Positions 1 through 10,759 of a stretch of 64,000 bases of DNA are shown here, one piece after another. Each line of letters opens with the position of its first letter. Within the stretch, counting starts at the first letter, position 1. The DNA lies in NCBI RefSeq assembly GCF_006345805.1, contig NC_043003.1:111786001-111850000 (forward strand), written 5' to 3'. This stretch comes from Octopus sinensis. Taxonomy: Eukaryota. A program made the position numbers and the translations under genes. The notes under the pieces are model-generated. The model made no database searches and was not told the DNA's origin. It worked only from the letters and a program-made list of their open reading frames with translations.

Positions 1-62
1 ACCCGTTAAACCAAAAATATGTGTTTAAGTATCCATATATAGCGATAAACTATATATATGTG

Positions 63-140
63 CATACATACATACATACATACATACATACATACATACA
101 TACATACATACATACATACATACATACATACATACATACA
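63..140. repeat. (TACA)n microsatellite
   Basis: Perfect TACA tandem run; explains the HTYI/MYVC pseudo-ORFs at 21..350 and 50..277. Confidence 0.97.
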
Positions 141-349
141 TGTGATCTCTTGAGCACCACCAGCTCAAATATTTTTTCCTCTGTCTTCCCTTCTTGGGAT
201 CTTTCCTTCTCCTTGTTTCCGACGAAGAGCTCCGCTCGAAACGTTAAACCCTCCTTCCCTTCTTTCCTGAGCGTCAATAATACTTTAATTGTTCCACGTC
301 CTGCGTTACTGTGTTTTTTTCTCTTTTTTTTGTTTTCTTGTTTGGATTA

Positions 350-352
<3 letters not shown>
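141..352 (+). mobile_element. ~210-bp dispersed repeat carrying a minimal hammerhead motif (Penelope-type terminal repeat or non-autonomous derivative), copy 1
   Basis: Clearly homologous to the reverse complement of 15030-15243. Flanked by microsatellites. The central hammerhead-like core is of the kind known from Penelope-like element termini. Confidence 0.65.
215..249 (+). ncRNA. Minimal type-I hammerhead ribozyme-like motif (core CCGACGA)
   Basis: GUUU-CCGACGA-A-GAGC(UCC)GCUC-GAAAC-GUU-AAAC: stem I GUUU/AAAC, stem II 4 bp, GAAA, palindromic AACGUU stem III region. Canonical U4 is replaced by C. Confidence 0.65.
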
Positions 353-389
<37 letters not shown>

Positions 390-398
390 TATATATCT

Positions 399-611
399 AT
401 ATTTCTTTATTGCCCACAATGTGTAAAACATAGAGGGGACAAACAAGGACAGACAAAGGGATTAAGTCGATTATATCGACCCAGTGCGAAACTGGTACTT
501 TATTTATCGACCCCGAGAGAATGAAAGGCAAAGTCGACTCCGGCGGCATTTGAACTCAGAAAGTAACGACAGACGAAATGCTGCTAAGCATTTCGTCCGG
601 CGCGCTAACGA
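399..611 (-). mobile_element. tRNA-derived SINE, family C (GGCGGCGAGCTGGCAG...GAGTTCAAATTCCGCC head type)
   Basis: The reverse complement matches the copies at 28186-28412, 31033-31232, 16490-16720 and 17012-17230; B-box-like GAGTTCAAAT. Confidence 0.8.
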
Positions 612-978
612 CCCCCGTTAAATTGACGGTGCTGCGTTGTCAAACATTTAAACCAAATTTTCTCAAAACAACTTGTCCGACCGTCCCACATAGCTTCCCT
701 TTGAGAAACACTGATTTCACCTAAATATGAGACACCAGCAAAAGACGGATTTCGACTGATGTACAAGCGGGTACAAATGCACGTTTCCTCGGCTTTATCG
801 ATCGCATTCTCACCTGGAATCGATTTTTGTAATCTTTTGAAGACTTATACACGCTCTGATACCCTCGGTATCTACATGTCAAATCTGAGCGCAATCATAT
901 GGAGGATGCCCGAGATGCTAGACGGCACAAACACAGACAGGTAGAAAGGATTTTATATAATAGATGTAGATTGGATTT

Positions 979-1009
<31 letters not shown>

Positions 1010-1029
1010 AACTATATATTTGTGCATAT

Positions 1030-1400
1030 GTATGTATATATGTATTCCTCCTGAGAGTTGTATACTAAAATTCCAGGAACTTCGTTTTTTGTAACGTTGT
1101 AGAGCAAGCCTCATATAATGATACCTTACATCTTTCCACTAGGTCTCAAATTTAATACTGTCCGATACTTTTGGCCTCCAAATTTGCCAGATTAAATACT
1201 ATGGACTTCTACGATTGGAGTGCTGTTCAAAGAGAGATACGTCGGCACCTTCACAACACTACAGTTTCACTGAAGTTTGTCATTATCAGATGATGTTCGA
1301 AATGAATAAAGACCATTTAGTTCAGGTATGTTAACGATTTGTGACTGGCATTCATGCAGTCAGTGAAGGAGCGTGTACAGGATAATTGCATAAAATTTCG
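1030..1400 (+). mobile_element. Tc1/mariner DD37D-like transposase C-terminal fragment, decayed
   Basis: Translates FWPPNLPD*..MDFYDWSAV, similar to WPPNSPDLNPLD; resembles the 3' part of the element at 39926-41170. Confidence 0.6.
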
Positions 1401-1462
1401 ATAGCAGGACAAATTTTTTCAAAATGCTTTGATATTTGCTAGAATACCTTTCTTTCATTCAT

Positions 1463-1673
1463 AGGCGTAGGAGTGGCTGTGTGGTAAGTAGCTTGCTTAC
1501 CAAACACATGGTTCCAGGATCAGTCCCACTGCGTGGCATCTTGGGCAAGTGTCTTCTACTATAGCCTTGTGAGTGGATTTGGTAGATGGAAACTGAAAGA
1601 ACCCCGTTGTATATATGCATATATATGTGTGTTTGTGTGTGTGTGTTTGTCCCCCCAACATCGCTTGACAACC
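1463..1673 (+). mobile_element. tRNA-derived SINE family A, 5' half
   Basis: GGCGTAGGAGTGGCTGTGTGGTAAGTAGC head, CTTGGGCAAGTGTCTT motif and internal (TA)/(TG) tract; matches the full copy at 52392-52817. Confidence 0.8.
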
Positions 1674-1822
1674 TACTCTAGACAATAGGCGGATTGACTG
1701 AAATGCCTAGTAGTAGTAAGTGAAAAATTATATTAAATTGATAAGCAATATATTATGATAAATACTAGTACCTATTGCTATAAACATGATTATGATTACT
1801 GACATTTTATTGTATTTTTTGC

Positions 1823-2663
1823 AAAGCCACAGACGCCAAACAATACCTACCTTTTGATTCTTGCCACCCAAGACACACTAAAACAAACATCTCTTTCAAC
1901 CTTGGAAGAAGGATATGCACATTAGTCTCAGAACAAAATACCAGGAACTTTAGACTGCAAGAACTCAAAAACACCCTAATTGACAGACACTACCCAGTTC
2001 AACTCATAGACGATGGGATCAGACGTGCAACAGAAATCGACATAAAGACTTTGAGAAAAATTCAACACAACAACACACCTTCCCCGAAAATACTACCTTA
2101 CATATCCACATACAACCCCAGAAACAAAGACGCCTTCACGATCATCACCCAGAATTTACCAATACTTCATAAGGACCCCAAATTAAAGGAATTTCTAAAC
2201 ATACATAAACTCATTAACAGCTACAAACAACATAAATCACTTAAAAAGATTCTCACAAAGGCAAAATTGTATTCTGAAATAATAGAAGCAAAAGTTTAAA
2301 AATGTGGTAGACCTAACTGCGCAACATGCTCAAACCTTCTAGAAGGATCAGAATTCCTTTTCAAAGAGGGACAAAAATTCAAGATCAGATCTAATTTTAC
2401 TTGTGCCCCTGAAAACATAATTTTTGTGATAAGGTGCTCGGGCTGCCACCAGAACTACGTGGGGTCCACGGGATTATCACGCAGACGCAGATGCACTCTG
2501 CATCGACAACAGATTGCATTCCCAGAATACAGATTGATACCCTTTAGTGAGCAAAGCAACTACTACCACGATTTTCAATCTTTTCATTCTATCAATGTGC
2601 CATTGGAACACCAACACAAACAAGGAAACATTCTTCATTGAAAAATATAACCCTGAACTTAAC
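1823..2663 (+). mobile_element. Penelope-like element fragment: RT C-terminus plus GIY-YIG endonuclease (pseudogenised)
   Basis: One frame reads TDAKQYLPFDSCHPRHTKTNISFNLGRRICTLVS...KCGRPNCATC...NIIFVIRCSGCHQNYVGSTG. In-frame stop at 2297-2299; a later frameshift leads to ETFFIEKYNPELN, the typical PLE endonuclease end. Confidence 0.88.
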
Positions 2664-2984
2664 CATCCTAACATTCTTATACAAAGAAACTCATCTCATT
2701 AAAAAAGGGGAAATAATTATAAAGCGATTATCTCCCTTTTACCGGAAGAAATCGCTTATTACCTCCCCCTGCCAGGAACTCATCTTTGCACTTCATATCG
2801 AAGATATGACACGATGTAGGTAAAGAGATTTGAGAAATTTGAAAAGTTAACACGAAACAGGTAATTTCTCCAAAGACTATGTTACTATATGCAAAATTTT
2901 CTAACATTTTTCTAAGATAACGACTTAAATATATTCTTTAACATTATAAAACAAGCCTTGTGTAGTTGTTTCACTCTTTTCTAT

Positions 2985-3020
<36 letters not shown>

Positions 3021-4094
3021 ATATATATATATGTCTGCATATGTATATATATTTGTATATTTTCCTGTATATAAATGCGCATGTGTGTGGGGGCGACAAA
3101 TCTGCATTCCATAAATTGGCTGCATTATAATCGACATTTGTGATTCACCTCGAAATCATAGCCATATGTAACACGACAGACAACACCAATCACTTCACCA
3201 TAATCATGTATTGTTCAAACTTATCCAGTCGACAAAAATTCTGAAGTGATGCTCATTCACCACATTGTTGCCTACAGCATTCACGAAGCATATAAGTCAT
3301 CCGTACTTTGTTAATCCAAAGCCTGTTATGGCGACATAGATTTTTCCATTGTAGTTATTGCATTCAAACTTTTACAAGAGTAAAAAGATAAATGCCATGA
3401 TAATTTTAAACCATAGAGAAACGTTCGTTTAATTTAAGCATTTATTGTTCGATTCTATATAGATTTAATTTTAGAAATGAATTTCTTCGCTTTTTAGTAA
3501 ATATTGCAAACACGAAGACATTCTCAAAGATATTAATACGGATTGTGAGTTCCTCTGTACATGTATAATTAGCAGTTAATTAGCTCGATATGTTAAATAA
3601 ATGGACTTGAAAATGTCCTATATCAAAACGGTCATCCGTGTCAACTCTAATAGTGTTCTTAAATATATACATGTAATATGAATATATATGCACACGTACA
3701 TACATCCATATGCATTTGTGTTCCCGTCTGTGCGAATGTGTATGTATCATTGTGAGCATAATAGTGTATGTTGTATGTGTGCGTATGTATATATATATAT
3801 GTATGCATGTATGTTAAGACACATTCCCAGTATTTCGAATGTTGCCCTTCATAATCCTAAGACTGATTCAATTTAAGGGTCAGGTTTTATCTTCTGTTCT
3901 TAGCCAAATCATTTCTATTTACAAAGTTCCTCTCTAGTGTAAGTACAGCTTTCATTCATATAACCTGTCATATCCTTGATTTTGAGCTGGGACATCATTG
4001 GGAGAGTAGAGAAGCCCCCTCCATTTTATTGATAATCTACATGTGTGTGTGTTTACGAATGTGCATATATAAGAGCGCGTGTCTATATATCTTC

Positions 4095-4436
4095 GGCACT
4101 CCATGGCTTACGATGACGAGGGTTCCAGGTGATCCGATCAGCTAATTTATTAATGTGCAAATGGCTGAGCACTCCACAGTCACATGTACCATTAACGTAG
4201 TTTTCGGGGAGATTCAGCTTGACACAGATTGGGACAAATTAGCTCTTTGAAACACAAGTACAAACAAAATATAAAGAAAGAGTGAGAGAAAGTTGTGGTG
4301 AAAGAGTACGGCAACGCTTGCTATCATGTACAACTTTAGGTTTTTCTTTCAATAAGCAATCACAACGCCCGGACTGGGAATCGAAACCGTGATCCTACGA
4401 TCGCGATCCCTAACCGCTGAGACATTGCGCGTCCAC
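4095..4436 (-). mobile_element. tRNA-derived SINE family B, diverged
   Basis: The reverse complement aligns with 36689-37012 (head GGTTTCGATTCC B-box, 3' CCCTCGTCATCGTAAGCC). Confidence 0.7.
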
Positions 4437-4649
4437 GAATATACATATAGTTTAAATTTATTGAGAAACAAAAGTCAAAGAGAGGTGTATGAACAACAAG
4501 TGCAAATGTATTAGTGTGACGGTGGGGAAAAAAGGAAAAGTCTTTATATGTTTGGATCATATTAAAAATAATTTTGGGAAGAATGTGCCATGACTATAAC
4601 TTGTATTTCCAACGCCTACATTCTTTATATATTACATATGGAGAGAGAC

Positions 4650-4661
4650 AGATGTGTATAT

Positions 4662-4741
<80 letters not shown>

Positions 4742-4755
4742 CATATATGTATATA

Positions 4756-4801
<46 letters not shown>

Positions 4802-4837
4802 ATATATATGTGTATATTTGTATATATGTATATATAT

Positions 4838-4869
<32 letters not shown>

Positions 4870-4905
4870 ATATATATATATAAAAATATAAATAAATATA
4901 TATAT
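4650..4905. repeat. Compound (CA)n/(TA)n microsatellite
   Basis: Direct inspection; source of the YIYI ORFs at 4574-5010. Confidence 0.95.
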
Positions 4906-5698
4906 AAGCCATTGTACAATGATATCACTTTAAATTGGTTCATAGACCATGGTATTAGTTTTATAAATTACTATATAAATAAATATATATTTACATTCTT
5001 AGTTTTGTGAGTCATAATACATTTACACACAGTATTGTAATTTGTAAAAATACATAAGTTATCAACCATATAATGCGAACAATTTTATTTCTCTATTTCA
5101 TCGTTTGGGTAAATAGAGTATGTAATTTTCGTGTCTACACTGAAACGATACATGACTTGATAGCTCATAAACTTCCTCGGTTGTAGTGTCTCTAGGTAAT
5201 TCAAATGCATGGGCTGCGTTTACGATATATAGGAATATAGAATATATTTATTATAGCTGTTTGTTTACTCTATGTAATAGGTATTGATTTTGCTTGGATT
5301 TTTTCTCTTATTTTTCTTGATTTTTTTTTCTAGAGATTATAGATACAATATCTAGCAGCTAGAGTGCATACAGTTCATTTAGGTCGGAGCGGTGCATTTT
5401 TTTGTATGCGCATAAGTATTATTTACCGAAATATTTGTTTAGACATTTTATTATCTGTTTGCACTCGTTTTATGTTGTAATGTTTTAGTGAATAAAGGTT
5501 TCTGTAGTCTATCGATAAATTATAGCAATTATTATGTAGTCGACTGCTAGTGAATTTTGTTCCTGTTGATCTTAATGATGATGATGGTGATGATGATGAT
5601 ATGATGTAGATGATAAGGTTGTGGATATTTTTAGTTATTCTTGTTCATGATTGTGATGAAGTGGAGGAGTAAAATGATCATCTGTTGTTATTTTGATG

Positions 5699-5699
<1 letters not shown>

Positions 5700-5740
<41 letters not shown>

Positions 5741-5957
5741 CTCATGTGTTTAAATGTAGACTGTATTTTAAAACTATATATATATGTGTGTGTCTGTGTA
5801 CATGTGTATATATATATGTGTATATATGTATGTGTATGTATATGTATACATATATGTGTGTATATATGTATATTTATGTGTATGTATATATATATATATT
5901 GTATACGTATGTATGTAGATGTATGCATATATATATATATATATATACATATATATA

Positions 5958-6041
<84 letters not shown>

Positions 6042-6060
6042 AGAGAGAGAGAGAGAGAGA
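5700..6060. repeat. Compound (TA)n/(TG)n/(CA)n/(GA)n microsatellite
   Basis: Direct inspection. Confidence 0.95.
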
Positions 6061-9000
6061 CGTATATCTCCATTGTATCCATTTATCTATCAATCAGTCT
6101 AGAAATCACTCTATGTATATATAGGATTTGTGAGTGAGTGAGTATTTGTGCGTAAACATTTTATGCGCAAACATTTTGATTCTAAAGGAATGAAATACAG
6201 TTTAAAGGGAACTACTAGAACGCTATCACACTTTATATTACACTTTTTGTTGCTGTTTTCATAGCATTCTGGAAAAAGTAAAATAAGTCGCCTCACGGAG
6301 CGTTGTAATGTTTGTCTTTGATGAGGAGACTACGTATGTAATTTGTTTCATAATCATTAGCATGTTTTATTGATATATAATCGTCAGGAATTAAGCAAAT
6401 ACACCAGCGCTATCTAAAGTTTCGTATGCTTATCTCTAATGTTTTCTCATTAATAAATCAGTAGAAATTTAGACCCAGCACATCTTGAAATCAGAGGAAA
6501 TATTAAAAATTAAATATTGGTATTTAGCTATAATAAAAGCTTTTTATGAATGCAAGCATATTTATGGTATGTTTCTGATGCCTTTTCGGACACTTTTGCA
6601 GTTTGATGATAGTTGTCCCACAGTGGAGACGTAACGGATGTACTTTCTCAATGGATAGCATATATATTAATGTTTACAATGCAGAAACACATTCAAATAT
6701 TACTGTATCCTGGAAATTTGCGTCTTAAGATATTGAGAGAGTATGATCAGAAATACAATCGTAATCGTTCTATTTTTCTAAAGATATATTGTATCTCGCC
6801 TTTTCTCTCTCTTTCCCTAACTCTCTCTTCCTCTATGTGTGTGTGTGTGTGCGCTCGCATGTGCTCGACCTTGTGTGTCTGCGTGTTTGTGTGTGACCGT
6901 GTGTGTGCATATATATACATATGTGTATGTATCTATATATATTTGAGTGTAGATATACATATATATATTTATATATATATAAATACACACACATATAGAT
7001 AGATAAAGATAGATATACAAACAGACAAGCATACAGACTGGTAGATTGATAGATAGAGAGATATACCAATATAAATATCAAAAGAGAAAGAGGAAGAGAA
7101 ATGTCACGTGGAAAGTGAACGAACTTGATATAGATATTCTGAGGTATATCCAAACAAATTCTCAAGATACGTCCTTATTATTCTCTGCCCACAAACATAT
7201 GATAAATGTGAATACATAAATCATTGTATAATTTACAATTCGTCAAACAACCATCTACACAAAATATAAAATATTCATTTGTGACTGTTAATTTCCCATT
7301 AAAATATTTGCGCAATACAATTTTTATCACATTTTATGGAAACGTAGAAAGGTTTTTTTTTTTTATCGAAGTGTTGAAAGCAAACCTTACATACATCTGA
7401 AAGTGAGCAGCTTGAACCATAGTTACACTTCCGAAAAATACAGAGTGGTGTTTCCTGTTTCCTTACGATTTTATTTCAACTACTGCGAAGGTGAAGTTTG
7501 TCTTTCATCTTTTCGGGTTTGGTGAAATAAAGTACCAATGTAATACTGGAGTGATAGCTTCGACTAACCAGCTTGTCTCAAATTTGCTGCCGAATGTGAA
7601 AATTAGAATGAAGAATTTAGTGCATGTTATTGCCTCATGGCATTTTCTTAGAAAGAGCACTTCATCAAATTGGTAGGAAATATTGTTGAAGTTATAACTC
7701 GCAGAGGAAAGAGTGAAGAATCTCATAAGACATTCTTACCTTCTAATGATAAGTGAGACTTGATTTGTGAATGCATTTCTTCGTATTAAGTTTCCAGTAA
7801 GCTTCATGAAAGGGTTATTTCCGCGATTTTGTACATCAGTGTAGTTGGTTGTTTGCAATGAACATCAAAAGTATTTGAAAGGTCCATATTCTCGAAATAA
7901 TTATTTAGAATATTTCCAAATCATTGGAAGAACAGAATATTCTCTGTATGTACGTCTCCGGTGATGAAGGATTTATTATCAAAAAGAACATTAAGTATTC
8001 ATAATCCTATTAGATCTCTAGAGACCACGGCATCTTTTGAGTTTGTTTATACGCTGAAACAGAATTTCTTCCGTTTATTGATCCAAGTTATATTGTTGCA
8101 GAAGGGACACAATGTTCTTGCTTATAAAATTTTGTCAACTTCTGGTTCCGATATTTGGGTTACGTCTTTTGCATAATTTAGTGCTACGATTGGTTACGAA
8201 AGTGAGGCAATAGCCTTTGAAAGAGATTTTACAAGGCGATCCTTTGTTCTGGTTCGTGTTTATGTAGCATTCTATGACTCAGTTATTATAACACGCTGGG
8301 AGATAGTATTTCTGCGTGACGATGGTATGGTGGTATCAAAAATAAATGTGCTGCTAATGCCTAAATTAAACTATGAAGGACTTATTAAACATATTAATGA
8401 GTGGTTGATGAATTTAGATTTGTACTCTTTAAGACAAAAGTTATTGTGTACATGTACAGTACCGTGGAAAAGTCTTCGGCACCTTTAAACTATTGTAAAT
8501 GTCTACTAATTGCTAACTGATAAGTAGTTGTTCCACATTGTTGTTTTTTACAGATGAAACATTGGCCCTGTTGGAGGCATTTCCATACCTAATCATTATA
8601 TTTTCAAGTAAGGGTGAATGCGAGACGACCACCAAAAATGGCCGTGCAAAGTTTTCGGCCACCTCACTTAAACCAATGGTTTAAACAAGAAATTGCCTAT
8701 AATGAAAATTTATGACATAATTTTCACTTCAAAAAGTTATTGAACATGGTCAATATTTCGAGTGGCTTCCCTTATCTTGAAAAATTGCTTCAATGCGCCA
8801 GGGAAGAGATGTGTACAAATCCTTCACCATCCTCACAGGTATGAGATGCCATTTTCTGTGGCTGAGCTCCCATAAACTGGTTAATGTCAATAAAGTGAAG
8901 TAATGCAGATATAAATTAAGAGGTATGATAAAGGAGGGTAAGACAGAGAGGTAAGAAAGAGTGAGAGGGATAGAGAGATAGATCAATATATTGTGAATAG

Positions 9001-9229
9001 AGATAGACACAACTGAGAGTCAGTGTTAAAATTTAATGTAACACCATACAAGTGTTAATAAAAATAAAATTATCAGAATGCATCGAGGAAGGTAGGAAAA
9101 GAGACTTTCCTACCTTGAGACTGGCCAGATTAAAAGAAATAAAATAAAATTCTTATTCCTTGATTATATTACTTACCTAGCTCCAATGATATTTACAAAA
9201 GTAATATTTTATCGATAAATGCATCCAAA

Positions 9230-9530
9230 GGCCTGTAGTCCGCTGAGACATCTGATTGGTACGGATGTCTCATCTGCCTTCCGCTAGATCATCTTATCAA
9301 AGCCTTACACTCGTTTGACGCAGCAACTGCGGGAGGGAAGAAGACCCGTGGTAGGTTCTGTGGAAGACCTCTTACCAGATGCCAGGATATGATTAAGGAA
9401 TATCGTAAGAGGCTTGACATCATCTTGGAGGATGCAGAGGACCTGGAACAGAACCACCGGTGCTGAAAAACACTGGTTGAGCTGATGATATGTCTGGGGC
9501 CAATAACGTGGGATAACTCCAGTGCCATAA
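9230..9530 (+). mobile_element. RTE-clade LINE 3' fragment
   Basis: Translates WYGCLICLPLDHLIKALHSFD...GKKTRGRFCGRPLTRCQDMIKEY...LEDAEDLEQNHRC*KTLV, matching the RTE ORF C-terminal pattern W.GH..R....K.....GR.RGRP..RW.D.I..D. Confidence 0.6.
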
Positions 9531-9964
9531 AACAACCGCATGGAGCGGAGCAAGCATGGATTACAGGAATTCTTGTATTTGATATTTGAGGAATTCCATT
9601 CGCTCGTACGCGTTCGAATCTTACGACCGTATTTTCTTAGAGAAAACTGCAGTCACCTTAGAAAAGTGCAGCCAACATAGTTATCAAGTCTTGTTTACTG
9701 AATCACGAGTTCAGCCGATCTTGATCATTTTGAAGTCAGAAAATTCCTTACAACTGTGTAAAGTTTGATCGAGGAAGATAATTATAAATGTACATATGAA
9801 TCCATATATACATATGTATATAATGTAAGGTGATTGTATATATATTTTTGAATTTGTATGAGTGTGTATAGTAGAATTTAATAATAAATGAAATTACGAT
9901 TTAGCCTGGATCTCACGCTTTATTATTTGCAACTTTTACAATTTCACAATATTACAATATTGAG

Positions 9965-10006
9965 ATAAACTAGTACCTTCATGCGTTACGCAATCATCAG
10001 GTTTAT
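9965..10006 (-). ncRNA. Minimal hammerhead-like motif, left arm of foldback
   Basis: AUAAAC-CUGAUGA-U-UGCG(UAA)CGCA-U-GAAG-GUACU-A-GUUUAU: perfect 6-bp stem I, 4-bp stem II, self-complementary stem III; GAAA is changed to GAAG. Confidence 0.6.
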
Positions 10007-10028
10007 GTAGCAACAGTCGTATTTCACA

Positions 10029-10064
10029 GTTGACCTGATGACTGCCTTGAAAGTACTAGTTTAT
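10029..10064 (+). ncRNA. Minimal hammerhead-like motif, right arm of foldback (stem II collapsed)
   Basis: GUUGAC-CUGAUGA-CUGCCUU-GAAA-GUACU-A-GUUUAU: intact core and palindromic AGUACU, but ~6 nt are missing from stem II relative to the left arm. Confidence 0.5.
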
Positions 10065-10214
10065 TTCAGTATTGAAAATTTGTAAAATTGTAAATATTAC
10101 ACACAATAAAACGTGAAAATCAGTCTGAATTGTAATTTCATTGAGTAATATATACATACATATATACATAGATATATACATAGATATATACATATATATA
10201 TATATATAGATATA

Positions 10215-10223
10215 GCTATAGAT

Positions 10224-10254
<31 letters not shown>

Positions 10255-10255
10255 T

Positions 10256-10342
<87 letters not shown>

Positions 10343-10360
10343 TAGATATAGATATAGATA
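10215..10360. repeat. (GATA)n microsatellite
   Basis: Direct inspection. Confidence 0.95.
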
Positions 10361-10759
10361 TACGTACATACATACATACATGCATACATATATAGTAGAG
10401 TAAGAAATATAAAGTCACTGATACAGTATATTATATATCGAAAAATGAATAGAAATGGCTTCCGATAATTTTTCTACATTAATAATAATTATTAGAGTGG
10501 AAATAATATTAGAACTGATATTTCTATTCCTTTTTCAGAATAAATACTATGTGTACTATGCTATCATTTCGAATAACCTTTCTACATGTTCTTTGTGTGA
10601 TTCGTTTTTTATTAGGATATCGTCTAAATAGGCGATAACAAAAGCACAGTCCGACAGTATTGCATCCACTACTTGTTGAATTAGAGAAGGAGCCAATTTT
10701 ACATTGAAGGCGATCCGCTTAAATTTAAATAAGTCACGGTCTGTATTAATGGCTAATAA

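Larger units (their letters stand above)
9887..10142. repeat. Foldback element: ~120-bp inverted arms (9887-10006 / 10029-10142) with a 22-bp spacer
   Basis: The outer ~90 bp of the arms align without gaps at roughly 80% identity by eye (18 mismatches counted). The inner part of each arm is a hammerhead-like motif. Confidence 0.85.

Noticed and set aside
640-950. hAT-like CAGTGTTTCTCAA terminus and the 61-aa ORF 759..944
   Set aside because: No partner TIR, TSD or transposase similarity was recognised.
8456-8490. Tc1 TIR-like TACAGTACCGTGGAAAAGTCTTCGGCACC
   Set aside because: No matching opposite TIR or transposase was found, so it cannot be supported as an element.
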